Below are positions 21,159 through 30,215 of a stretch of DNA of 64,000 bases, in pieces; position 1 is the stretch's first letter; each line of letters starts with the position of its first letter. The position numbers and the translations under genes were made by a program. Source of the DNA: an uncultured Eubacteriales bacterium (lineage in GTDB: Bacteria > Bacillota > Sulfobacillia > Fermentithermobacillales > Fermentithermobacillaceae); the NCBI GenBank assembly GCA_964641455.1, contig CAZXLH010000002.1, positions 50,774 to 114,773 on the forward strand, given 5' to 3'. The notes under the pieces are model-generated. The model ran no database searches and was not told the DNA's origin. It was given only the letters and a program-made list of their open reading frames with translations.

Positions 21159-21197
21159 GAGGCGGTATTCCCCAAAAGGCCAAGGCAATACCGCCTC
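21159..21197. other. Intergenic hairpin with an 11-bp stem (GAGGCGGTATT / AATACCGCCTC), flanked on both sides by the direct repeat TCTTGTG.
   Basis: The hairpin sits between the convergent oppF and LysM genes. Neither side has a strong U-tract. Confidence 0.4.
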
Positions 21198-21209
21198 ATA
21201 TCTTGTGGA

Positions 21210-22106
21210 TTAGCCCAGCGCTCCGCCAGACGTAGGAATCAGCACTACTTGCCCTGGTACGAGCACATTAGGATCTGCAATTTGTGGGTTAAATGCGATA
21301 AGTTCATTTAAACTAACTGCAAATCTTTGCGCGATAGAGAACATGGTATCACCGGATTGCACAACATATTTTCTGCCTGGAGAAGGAGCAGGCCCTGGGC
21401 CCGGCGTAGGAGGCATTGGTCTTTTGGGCACAACAATGATCTCTCCTACTATAATCATATCCGGATTCCTTACCTGAGGATTAGCTCTTATCAAAGCTTC
21501 GAGTGAAACCCCGAACCGTCTCGCTATGCTGAACATAGTGTCACCAGATTGAACCACGTATTGAGTAGTTTCTGCCGGAGGCATTGCAGGAGGTTCAGCC
21601 GGTGGCTTAGAAGGTGGCGGAACTGAAACATCAGGTAAGGTTATCTTACATTTCTCGGCGATTTTACGTACCAGATGCATTTGGTCTGCCTTTCGCCGGG
21701 TTACCCTTTCCAATATGGCTCGTTGGATCGGCTCTGATGCATGTGGATCGATTTTGATGTATCCATTGTCAATTACGTGCATGAAATGGCGATGGATAAC
21801 TATGATGCATGTTGTGAAGTCATCAGGAACGGTTATGGCGATGACAGTACCTTTATCCTCCACTCCCATGACAGCCATTAACTCAGTGCAATCAGCAAGT
21901 ACGTGATTGTGAATTGAGGCCAGTTGCTCTGCTTCATCAAGACAATTATGTTGCCCGGATAATGTCAGGCACTTTTCCAGTGTTGGAACTATCTGTTTTT
22001 CAGTTGTCCAAGTAAGAATGCAAGCATCACGAAGGGTGCTTTCAGTCATTTCTTCTCTCCCCCCGGATCGATAAAAATGGGACATGACGGTAGCCTTCTC
22101 TTCCAA
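21210..22106 (-). CDS. Protein with two C-terminal LysM domains separated by proline-rich linkers and an unknown ~150-aa N-terminal domain.
   Basis: The motif YVVQSGDTMFSIA occurs twice. There is no signal peptide or TM segment. The gene is transcribed divergently from lexA. Confidence 0.65.
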   Translation of the reverse strand: MEEKATVMSHFYRSGGREEMTESTLRDACILTWTTEKQIVPTLEKCLTLSGQHNCLDEAEQLASIHNHVLADCTELMAVMGVEDKGTVIAITVPDDFTTCIIVIHRHFMHVIDNGYIKIDPHASEPIQRAILERVTRRKADQMHLVRKIAEKCKITLPDVSVPPPSKPPAEPPAMPPAETTQYVVQSGDTMFSIARRFGVSLEALIRANPQVRNPDMIIVGEIIVVPKRPMPPTPGPGPAPSPGRKYVVQSGDTMFSIAQRFAVSLNELIAFNPQIADPNVLVPGQVVLIPTSGGALG

Positions 22107-22271
22107 CCTATGTCCTTGAATTACTTTTGGTTACTTTGCCGGCATGTGTATGGCCAATTTATATCCTTGTTAGCCGGCCTTCTATGTTTACCTCCGCAAT
22201 CTTGAGGCGGGCGATGAAAACTACCAAACTGACGTTTGCTTTTCAAGTGAATTGATGGTACACTCTTTCTG

Positions 22272-22286
22272 AGAAGCCATGCTTCT
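22272..22286. promoter_or_regulatory. Palindrome AGAAGC-CAT-GCTTCT about 30 bp upstream of the lexA start, overlapping a second CTTCT-TTT-AGAAG palindrome. It is a candidate operator.
   Basis: The palindromes were read directly from the sequence. The intergenic region contains no GAAC-N4-GTTC Cheo box. Confidence 0.3.
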
Positions 22287-22315
22287 TTTAGAAGTATACA
22301 CAAGGAGAGGTGAAA

Positions 22316-22927
22316 ATGGAGAAACTAACCTTCCAGCAAGCCAGGGTACTTGAAGCCATCCGTCAATATATACGTGAGGTTGGTTATCCCCCATCAGTAA
22401 GAGAATTAGGCAAAAGGTTGGGCCTAAAATCGACTGCCACTGTTCATAGCCACCTCAGAACCCTTGAACGCAAGGGCTATTTACGTAGAACCGCTCAGAA
22501 GTCACGTGCTTTTACTATTGTAGAAGATACAGAAAATGATCAGCCGGCACCTGCTGTGATGGTACCTATAGTAGGCATGGTCCGTGCCGGCGTTCCGGTA
22601 CTGGCTGTTGAAAATATAGAAGAGTTTGTGCCTTTGCCCCGCTCGTTTGTTAGGAGTGAAAATGTATTCATGCTTCAAGTAGAGGGCGACAGCATGATAG
22701 GTGCAGGTATTTTCAGCGGTGATTTCGTACTTGTAAGGCAGCAGGAAACGGCAGATAACGGAGATATCGTTGTAGCGCTTATCGATGATGAAGCAACAGT
22801 AAAAACCTTTTACAGAGAAAAACATACAATCAGGCTTCAACCGGAAAATCCCAAACTCAAACCAATATACTCAAAAAATGTTCGTATACTTGGTAAAGTA
22901 ATCGGGTTATACCGGTCATTCCACTAA
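22316..22927 (+). CDS. lexA: LexA SOS repressor.
   Basis: The N-terminal winged HTH reads GYPPSVRELGKRLGLKSTATVHSHLRTLERKGYL, and the C-terminal S24 peptidase carries the cleavage-site sequence VAG and an S...K dyad. An AAGGAGAGG RBS lies 6 nt before the ATG. Confidence 0.85.
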   Translation: MEKLTFQQARVLEAIRQYIREVGYPPSVRELGKRLGLKSTATVHSHLRTLERKGYLRRTAQKSRAFTIVEDTENDQPAPAVMVPIVGMVRAGVPVLAVENIEEFVPLPRSFVRSENVFMLQVEGDSMIGAGIFSGDFVLVRQQETADNGDIVVALIDDEATVKTFYREKHTIRLQPENPKLKPIYSKNVRILGKVIGLYRSFH

Positions 22928-22946
22928 TTTATCAGCCACTTTAGTT

Positions 22947-24308
22947 TTACATCACTTTTACATCACTGCAGGCATCCAGAGCGTCCTTGCCTTTCATGCA
23001 CGCATAAATAACATGTTCTTTGGTCAGCCCACCCTGTAAGTAGGCTGAATACGGGTATGTAAATGGCCCATCGCATGACAACTCAATTGACGCACCTTCA
23101 ACAAAGGTGCCGGCAGCCATGATTACTTTGTGAGTGTAACCTGGCATATCCCATGGTTCAGGAGACGCATAAGAATCTATAGGTGACGAAGCTTGTATAG
23201 CCCTTGCCAGGGCCTTTAGTGCTTCAGGTGTTTCAAGAGTAATCTCTTGGACTATGTCTCCCCTCTCTTCAAATGGGCCGGGATCTACTTTGTAGCCTAA
23301 CTTATCGAAAAACAAAGCGGCGAAGCACGCTCCTTTTAGGGCCTCTCCTACCACTTTTGGCGCAAGAAAGAGGCCTTGGTATATATCCCTGTATCCGTAA
23401 GGATTGCTTCCTACTTCTTTCCCAAGCCCTGGTGCGTAAAGCGATCTGGCTACAAGCTCAACACACTTCTCAGTGCCCACCACATAACCTCCTGTGGCTG
23501 CTAACCCGCCTCCCGGATTCTTGATTAATGAACCTGCTGTTATGGAAACCCCGAGAACAGGCGGTTCATAAGAATCTGTGAATTCACAGTAACAATTATC
23601 AACAAATGTTATGATGTTAGGCCATCTTCGGTTTACTACTTCCATGAATTGTTTAAGCGATGACATAGATACTGTTTTTCTGTGAGAATATCCTCTGGAA
23701 CGTTGGATAAGTATTAACCTGGTTCTTGGCGTGATATGGTTTTCAAGTTCTGCCTCAAGTGAATCTTTGTCAATGATTTCGGTTTCAAAATCAATAAGGC
23801 ATGAACTTTCACTGTAGCTAATTCCTAAGTCTTGCAGGCTACCTCTGGTTATGTCAGAAAGCGGCTTTCCGGAGCTGTCGATGCCGATAACAGGTTGCAA
23901 TGTTTCATATGGCGTTCCTGTAACAGACAGAAGCTCATCACCGGGCCGTAGCAACCCGAAAAGCACGGTTTTCAGAACATGGGTTCCCGAGGTCCAAGCC
24001 AGGCGTACAAGGGAAGATTCACTTCCAAAAACACGTGCAAACAGTTGTTCCAGCCCCTCCCTTCCCATATCTTGATATCCATAGCCGCTGGACGGCCACA
24101 TATGGGCAAGGGAGATTCTGGCCCGGTTAAAGGCTTGAAGCACTTTGATTTGATTTGAGAACACCAAATTATCTATACGATTCCAAACTTCCGTAAGTTC
24201 ATATGTACATTCCAAAGCAAGGCTAAGGGTATTTTGTGTAACACCAAACCGATTATGATTATGTTTCAACGTTTCATCATCCCAACAGTATTTTTTTGAA
24301 GCGGTCAA
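22947..24308 (-). CDS. YnbB-family PLP-dependent enzyme (Cys/Met-metabolism family, the so-called aluminium-resistance family).
   Basis: The gene lies downstream of hflX exactly as ynbB does in B. subtilis. The protein is 453 aa. Confidence 0.65.
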   Translation of the reverse strand: MTASKKYCWDDETLKHNHNRFGVTQNTLSLALECTYELTEVWNRIDNLVFSNQIKVLQAFNRARISLAHMWPSSGYGYQDMGREGLEQLFARVFGSESSLVRLAWTSGTHVLKTVLFGLLRPGDELLSVTGTPYETLQPVIGIDSSGKPLSDITRGSLQDLGISYSESSCLIDFETEIIDKDSLEAELENHITPRTRLILIQRSRGYSHRKTVSMSSLKQFMEVVNRRWPNIITFVDNCYCEFTDSYEPPVLGVSITAGSLIKNPGGGLAATGGYVVGTEKCVELVARSLYAPGLGKEVGSNPYGYRDIYQGLFLAPKVVGEALKGACFAALFFDKLGYKVDPGPFEERGDIVQEITLETPEALKALARAIQASSPIDSYASPEPWDMPGYTHKVIMAAGTFVEGASIELSCDGPFTYPYSAYLQGGLTKEHVIYACMKGKDALDACSDVKVM

Positions 24309-25563
24309 CGTCTACCGGATCTAACCTGCATGTTACTTTGGCTCCTGAGTCTTCATGAACTTCTTCAAGTATTGTGCCTACCTCCCTAATTTCCGACATC
24401 ACATCCCACCTTGAATAGGGTATGGACCACGAAACCACTTGTGTATTAGCCAGAAGTTGCTTTTCAACTAACATGGCAAGTTTCTCTAACCCATTACCTT
24501 TAAGAGCTGAAATTGCTACTGCACGGCTTTGCATTTTCGTGATTTCTTCGAGGTTAGCATGGGCAACTTTGTCGGCTTTGTTGAAGGCAGTAATAATTGG
24601 GCTTTCTCCTGCACCTAATTCTTTTATCACTTTGTTTACCGTTTTTACTTGTTGCATCCATGTAGGTGAAGAAACGTCTACAACGTGAATAAGTACGTCT
24701 GCTTCAAGCGATTCCTCAAGGGTTGATCGAAAAGCGAAAATCAACTCATGAGGCAATCCCTGAATGAACCCAACTGTATCAGAAAGCAGTACAGGTTTGC
24801 CGGAAGGCAAGGCCCATCTTCTGGTCCAAGGATCAAGGGTGGCAAAGAGCATATCATCGCAAAGCACTTCTTCGCCGGTCAGCGCCCTAAAAAGCGTAGA
24901 CTTGCCTGTATTTGTATAGCCTATAAGCGAAACCTGCACAATCCGCGAATCTTTTCTTCGTTTTCTCTGTTCTTCCCTGACCGTACGCACTTTGTCAATC
25001 TCTTTGGTAAGCTGTGCTATTCTGCGTCTGAGCACCCGGCGGTCTACTTCAAGTTTCTGCTCTCCCGGCCCTCTGGTTCCAATGCCGGCCCCGAGGCCGG
25101 ACATGGCTGTTCCATGGCCGGTAAGGCGTGTAAGTTCATGCCTTCTGGTAGCAAGTTCAACTTGCAGTTTACCTTCTTTGGTTTTGGCCCGCTGAGCAAA
25201 AATTCTAAGTATCACTTCGGTGCGATCCAGTACAGTCGTTCCAAGCGCATCTTCAAGGTTCTTGGATTGAGTAGGAGAAATCTGCCCGTCAACCAGCACA
25301 CAGGATGCCTCGTAATCGGCTGCCAATTGCGCTACTTCTTGCACCTTGCCTTTGCCCAAATAGGTGGCAGGATCAGGCGCCGGCCGTTCCTGTATCACTG
25401 TTTCCGCCACTTCCATGCCTAAGGTCTCGGCAAGACGCAAAAGTTCTTGAGCAGACTCTTCAGGGGTCAGGATAAGTTGATTTTGATTACTCGCACTTAG
25501 CGATTTACTATCCACCGAACAAATAATAGCCTTAATGTTTTCTGATTTTGTTGGACTATTCAA
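24277..25563 (-). CDS. hflX: GTPase HflX.
   Basis: The translation has the G-domain motif GYTNTGKSTLFRALTG and the HflX N-terminal domain. Confidence 0.85.
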   Translation of the reverse strand: MNSPTKSENIKAIICSVDSKSLSASNQNQLILTPEESAQELLRLAETLGMEVAETVIQERPAPDPATYLGKGKVQEVAQLAADYEASCVLVDGQISPTQSKNLEDALGTTVLDRTEVILRIFAQRAKTKEGKLQVELATRRHELTRLTGHGTAMSGLGAGIGTRGPGEQKLEVDRRVLRRRIAQLTKEIDKVRTVREEQRKRRKDSRIVQVSLIGYTNTGKSTLFRALTGEEVLCDDMLFATLDPWTRRWALPSGKPVLLSDTVGFIQGLPHELIFAFRSTLEESLEADVLIHVVDVSSPTWMQQVKTVNKVIKELGAGESPIITAFNKADKVAHANLEEITKMQSRAVAISALKGNGLEKLAMLVEKQLLANTQVVSWSIPYSRWDVMSEIREVGTILEEVHEDSGAKVTCRLDPVDVDRFKKILLG

Positions 25564-25694
25564 ATATGTCCCTCCTGCTTTTGGACTGGTCCTGTTTCAA
25601 TTATACACTATAGCTAATCGAGTTTTTGGCTCGGGACACGTGGGCTGCCAGACTGCAGGTTAGCACAAAGTGCTAAGCAGCTACAACCTGTTTT

Positions 25695-26690
25695 CTAAGC
25701 CAGCGATGTCTCCAGCAATTCCCTTGGGGTTATGAGCATCAGATCTTTACGGCTGAAAGAGCCTTCTTTGACAAGACGGACTGCTTGCCTGCGAATAGCC
25801 CGTTCAACAAGATTTCTTACCATTCTGGCATTAGAAGGAATTCTTTCTTGGGAAATCTTCTCACGGATAATGTTTTTTAGCACTGTGTGTGATTCATGGG
25901 AAAGGCGGTATTCGCGCTTTTCCAGCATCAGGCAGGCTATTTGCACCAGTTCATCTATTGTATAGTCAGGAAAACTCAGATGGATAGGAAAGCGTGAGCG
26001 CAGCCCAGGGTTGGTGCTGAGAAAATGCTCCATTTCTTTAGGGTAACCTGCCAAAATGAACACCATTTGCTTGGCGTGATCCTCCATTCCTTTTACAATG
26101 CAATCAATGCATTCCTTTCCAAAGTCCTTTTCCCCGCCTCGTGCCAGGGAATAAGCTTCATCTATGAAAAGAATTCCGCCCAGCGCTTTGCGTATATGTT
26201 CCCTTGTTTTTTGAGCTGTGTGGCCAATGTACTCCCCTACAAGGTCAGCCCTTTCTACTTCGATTATGTGGCCCTTGGGCAGGAGCCCACCTTCAAAAAG
26301 CAGCCTACCCAGTATGCGTGCAATAGTGGTTTTTCCTGTTCCCGGGTTACCTTTGAAAATCATATGAAGTATTGTATTTTCTTCTGCAAGGCCTGCCTTA
26401 CCTCTACGTTTTTGAATTTCTGAAAATGCGTAGATTTCAAATATTAGCTCTTTTACATGAGATAAGCCTATTAGTGCGTTGAGTTCCTCAAGGGCGCTTT
26501 GTTCGTTTGCCGATTGTCTTTTCTTATGAACCCTTCTAAGAAATTGGTCTGTTTTATCGAAGGACGAGTTGTTTTTGTGGCTGGATACAACTCTTAAAAT
26601 CGGCCTGTTGTCATAATGTAGGATATTTCCGTACACCCAACAATACCTCCCCCGGACAATTGAATCTTCCAGCAGGATCATTATACGCAT
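25695..26690 (-). CDS. spoVK: Stage V sporulation protein K-like AAA+ ATPase.
   Basis: The translation has the Walker A motif GNPGTGKTT. The gene lies next to hflX, as spoVK does in B. subtilis. The start was taken at the internal ATG (MRIMILL); the ORF-track TTG at 26717 has no RBS. Confidence 0.7.
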   Translation of the reverse strand: MRIMILLEDSIVRGRYCWVYGNILHYDNRPILRVVSSHKNNSSFDKTDQFLRRVHKKRQSANEQSALEELNALIGLSHVKELIFEIYAFSEIQKRRGKAGLAEENTILHMIFKGNPGTGKTTIARILGRLLFEGGLLPKGHIIEVERADLVGEYIGHTAQKTREHIRKALGGILFIDEAYSLARGGEKDFGKECIDCIVKGMEDHAKQMVFILAGYPKEMEHFLSTNPGLRSRFPIHLSFPDYTIDELVQIACLMLEKREYRLSHESHTVLKNIIREKISQERIPSNARMVRNLVERAIRRQAVRLVKEGSFSRKDLMLITPRELLETSLA

Positions 26691-26774
26691 TGAGGCCTGG
26701 AGGTGATAGCAAACCAACTGGGCAGAAGGCCGGTTGCCTGTCTGCCCAGTGACTTTTGCTTGGCTCGGTACGGC

Positions 26775-26996
26775 TTATTTAAGGGGGATGTCATCCCAAT
26801 CTTGCTTCTTGCTTCTTGGTTTGCCCTGCTTTTGAGATTTGCTGTCGTCTACTAGATTCGTATACATCTCCGGGTCTTGATCAAAAGCGTTCTTGCAACT
26901 GTCTGAGCAAAAATGATAGGTTTGCCCCCTAAAAGCTGATCTAACGGATTTTTTGTCATCCCTAACATTCATGCCGCAAACCGGATCTTTTGGCAT
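26775..26996 (-). CDS. YHS/TRASH-domain metal-binding protein.
   Basis: The translation contains PVCGMNV...YHFCSDSCK. Confidence 0.6.
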   Translation of the reverse strand: MPKDPVCGMNVRDDKKSVRSAFRGQTYHFCSDSCKNAFDQDPEMYTNLVDDSKSQKQGKPRSKKQDWDDIPLK

Positions 26997-27129
26997 ACTG
27001 TCACCTCCCTCAGCAAGTACCGCTTATTGAGAGGAGTATACCCAAAGATATCTATTTCATGCTGTGATACCCACACGTTCTAATCCAGAGTTAGGATCAG
27101 TTTTGGACAAAACTACTTGCCTTTGAATC

Positions 27130-27396
27130 TTATGATTCTTTAGATGTGGTTTGCTCTTTCTTGTCTCTTTGGCCTAACACGTTGATTGGTTTAATTGGAT
27201 TAATAGTTGAAATTGCATGTTTGTATATAAGCATTTGCTTTCCATCTACATCAAGCAGCACAGTGTAGCTATCAAAACCCTTAACCAGGCCTTTTAACTG
27301 AAATCCGTTGACAAGGTATACTGTTGTGAGGATGTTATCCTTTCTGATCTGGTTTAAGTACCCGTCTTGAAGATTTATTTCGCTTTTCGCACTCAT
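27130..27396 (-). CDS. hfq: RNA chaperone Hfq.
   Basis: The translation carries the Sm1/Sm2 motifs ([35 protein letters not shown]...IYKHAISTI). Confidence 0.85.
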   Translation of the reverse strand: MSAKSEINLQDGYLNQIRKDNILTTVYLVNGFQLKGLVKGFDSYTVLLDVDGKQMLIYKHAISTINPIKPINVLGQRDKKEQTTSKES

Positions 27397-27430
27397 AATA
27401 GTTCCCTCCAGTTATCCTCTACTGCATATG

Positions 27431-28384
27431 CTAGTGCTTATTCCGGAGCCACTTATCAATTAGAGGTCGGACTTGCTCTATAAGTTGATTTCGAGATTTA
27501 TGCTTGCCAAAGGGCAGCCAAATTATGCCTTCTTCTCTGGAAAACCATGTTAATTGCCTTTTTGCAAACCGCCTGGTATTGCGTTTCAGCAACCTCTTTG
27601 TTTCCTGTTCAGTGGTTAGCCCTTTGAGCATCCAGTATACCTCTTTGTAGCCAAGCCCTTGCATACTGGGGAGTTCTTCGGAATAACCCATGTTTACAAG
27701 GTTCTTGACCTCATCTACAAGGCCGCGGCTAAATTGGACGTCTACTCTATCATCGATTGTTTCATATAATTCTTGACGATCCCACCTGAGTCCTATCATC
27801 ATAGAATCATATATACGACACTGCTTTATGTGTTTCCTTGCAGAAATAGGTTGATTGGTGGCTTTATGGTACTCAATCGCCCGTATGACCCGTTTGAGAT
27901 CGTTAGGATGAAGATCCTGATAAGACTCGGGATCAATGTCTTTGAGTATAGTATGAACTGCAAGGTTTCCCTTACTTTTTGCAAGCTGCTTGAGTTTGTG
28001 CCGCAATTCCCTGTTAGGTGGTGCATCATCCAGGGGAAAATCATTCAACAGGGCTCTTATGTAAAATCCGGTTCCCCCTACTATGCAAGGAAGACGGCCC
28101 CTGTTTGTAATCTCCTTGGTTGCCTTCTTGGCACGCCACTGAAATTCCTGTACGCTCCATGGTTCGTCAGGATGTTTTATGTTTATCAAATGGTGCCGAA
28201 CTTGCTCCATTTGCCTTGGTGTGGCTTTGTCTGTGCCAATATCCATGTAACGATAAACCTGCATAGAGTCTGCAGAAATAATTTCAATAGGATATATTTT
28301 GGCCAGGTCCAGCGACAACCTGGACTTTCCAGAGGCTGTCGGGCCCGTTATTACTAAGACTTTAGTCAATACTGAATCGGACAC
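27431..28384 (-). CDS. miaA: tRNA dimethylallyltransferase.
   Basis: The translation contains the P-loop GPTASGKS and the motif ISADSMQVYR. Confidence 0.85.
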   Translation of the reverse strand: MSDSVLTKVLVITGPTASGKSRLSLDLAKIYPIEIISADSMQVYRYMDIGTDKATPRQMEQVRHHLINIKHPDEPWSVQEFQWRAKKATKEITNRGRLPCIVGGTGFYIRALLNDFPLDDAPPNRELRHKLKQLAKSKGNLAVHTILKDIDPESYQDLHPNDLKRVIRAIEYHKATNQPISARKHIKQCRIYDSMMIGLRWDRQELYETIDDRVDVQFSRGLVDEVKNLVNMGYSEELPSMQGLGYKEVYWMLKGLTTEQETKRLLKRNTRRFAKRQLTWFSREEGIIWLPFGKHKSRNQLIEQVRPLIDKWLRNKH

Positions 28385-28454
28385 CCTTTCAAAAATCTAC
28401 CAACCAAGCACTTCTCATTATACATTATGGATGCCATTATGCACGCTTAAAACC

Positions 28455-30215
28455 CTAACGCCCAAAGAATCTTCGGATTTCATCATATGGTACTTGAAAT
28501 ACTGTCGGCCTTCCGTGGGGGCATGTTCTTGCCGCTGGGTTATCCCATAGAGAATGTATTAGGGCTAATGCTTCTTCTCGTGTCAAAGGTCGTTTTCCCT
28601 TTACCGATGCATGGCACGCAGCTGTTGCTATTTGAGCTTTAGCTAAGGCTCTCTCAGGCGATACTTTGGATTCAGGTGCTTCATAGATTGACAACAAGAT
28701 CTCTTTAACAGAGTTTGCAGGAAGTGATTTACCCAGGATCAAAGGGACTTTGGTTACCAATATGGTTCTTGTACCTATTGTCCTTGTCGAAAACCCTACC
28801 TTCTCCAGAATATCAATATGTTCTTCGTAAAGAGCGGCTTCTTTTGGTTCCAACTGAGTAATCTCGGGAATTAAGAGCTCTTGGCTGCTGCTTTCTCCTC
28901 TGGAAAGACATTGATAAGCCAGGCTTTCAGCAAGGGCATGCTGATCAACGATGAGAAGGGAGTCTAAAGCCTTAACCACAATGTATGTATTTTGGAGCGT
29001 GCCTAAAATTTCCCATTCATGAGTGCCATTGCTCAGACTCAAGCCAAGGTTGCACATTGAATGAGCACTCGATTCAGCCTTCTCACGGAAAGATAAGGGT
29101 TGCCGGTTCTTCCAATGTATCTGCGGCCCAGGGTATCTATAAGCGTTTTCCCGGTTAGCGGGACTGCCATATCCCGATTCGGGCCCACGTACCGGTTGTC
29201 CGCTGTGGGCAGATTCACTCAGATATCCTGCCCCGGCCAGCGCGTATTTTACGCTGTCAGTGACAAACTGCCTGATTTTGTTTTCGTTTCGAAACTTGAT
29301 CTCTGCTTTTGTGGGATGTACGTTTACATCGATTTGCCCGGGTTCAACGGAGATTTCCAAAAAAGCCACAGCATAAGTTTTTGGCGGAATAAGCCCGGCG
29401 TATGCAGAATCAAGAGCCCACCCAAGTACAGGATTCCTGACAGGCCTTCGATTCACTGAAAAGAGTTGACGATCCCTTCTTCTCCTGCAAAGCCTTGGCA
29501 AACCCACAAATCCTGTGATACCTGTGTCTTCATCTTCGCCTGCCACCTTTATCATTGACTCAACGGCTTTAGGCCCGAAAATATTGGCCAAAGCATCTTC
29601 CAATCCGTTTCCCGACGTATGTAACACTACTCTGCCTTGTGAACTTAGTGTAAAACTAATGTGAGGCCAAGCAAGTGCCAAATGCTCCACTGTTTCGATC
29701 ACAGCGTTTCTTTCCCTGCTTGTTGATTTTACGAATTTAAGACGGGCAGGGATGTTAAAGAACAGGTCCCTTACTGTAACGGTTGTTCCCGTGGGCAACC
29801 CCTTATCTTTTGCTTCCAGCACCTTGCCGCCCTCAACATAAACACAGATTCCTGATTGAGCATCTTTAGTTTTGGTTTCAAGAGTGAATTTTGAGCATGA
29901 CGCAATTGAAGGTAAGGCCTCACCCCTGAAACCCAGCGTTTCTATGTTTCCCAGGTCATTTACCGTGCTGATTTTTGATGTTGCAAATCTCTCAATTGAC
30001 AAAATTGCATCTTCATGCGACATACCGGTTCCGTTGTCCCATACTCTTACCAGTTTCATTCCTCCGTCCAGAACTTCTACGGATATTCTGGTTGCACCTG
30101 AGTCTATTGAGTTTTCAACAAGTTCCTTTACGACTGAAGCAGGGCGTTCTATTACTTCCCCTGCAGCAATCTGGCTGGATAACAAAGGGTCTAACTTTTT
30201 GACTATGCAAGGCAT
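28455..30215 (-). CDS. mutL: DNA mismatch repair protein MutL.
   Basis: The N-terminus is a GHKL ATPase (IAAGEVIERPASVVKELVENSIDSGA) and a C-terminal dimerisation domain is present. Confidence 0.85.
   Translation of the reverse strand: MPCIVKKLDPLLSSQIAAGEVIERPASVVKELVENSIDSGATRISVEVLDGGMKLVRVWDNGTGMSHEDAILSIERFATSKISTVNDLGNIETLGFRGEALPSIASCSKFTLETKTKDAQSGICVYVEGGKVLEAKDKGLPTGTTVTVRDLFFNIPARLKFVKSTSRERNAVIETVEHLALAWPHISFTLSSQGRVVLHTSGNGLEDALANIFGPKAVESMIKVAGEDEDTGITGFVGLPRLCRRRRDRQLFSVNRRPVRNPVLGWALDSAYAGLIPPKTYAVAFLEISVEPGQIDVNVHPTKAEIKFRNENKIRQFVTDSVKYALAGAGYLSESAHSGQPVRGPESGYGSPANRENAYRYPGPQIHWKNRQPLSFREKAESSAHSMCNLGLSLSNGTHEWEILGTLQNTYIVVKALDSLLIVDQHALAESLAYQCLSRGESSSQELLIPEITQLEPKEAALYEEHIDILEKVGFSTRTIGTRTILVTKVPLILGKSLPANSVKEILLSIYEAPESKVSPERALAKAQIATAACHASVKGKRPLTREEALALIHSLWDNPAARTCPHGRPTVFQVPYDEIRRFFGR

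Noticed and set aside
21102-21311. A 69-aa plus-strand ORF after oppF.
   Set aside because: It overlaps the 3-prime end of the LysM gene on the opposite strand and has no RBS. It is most likely spurious.
24748-25422. A 224-aa plus-strand ORF.
   Set aside because: It lies entirely antisense within the well-supported hflX gene, and its translation is nonsense-like and Arg/Ser/Phe-rich.
27773-28357. A 194-aa plus-strand ORF.
   Set aside because: It is antisense within miaA, which is strongly supported by conserved motifs.
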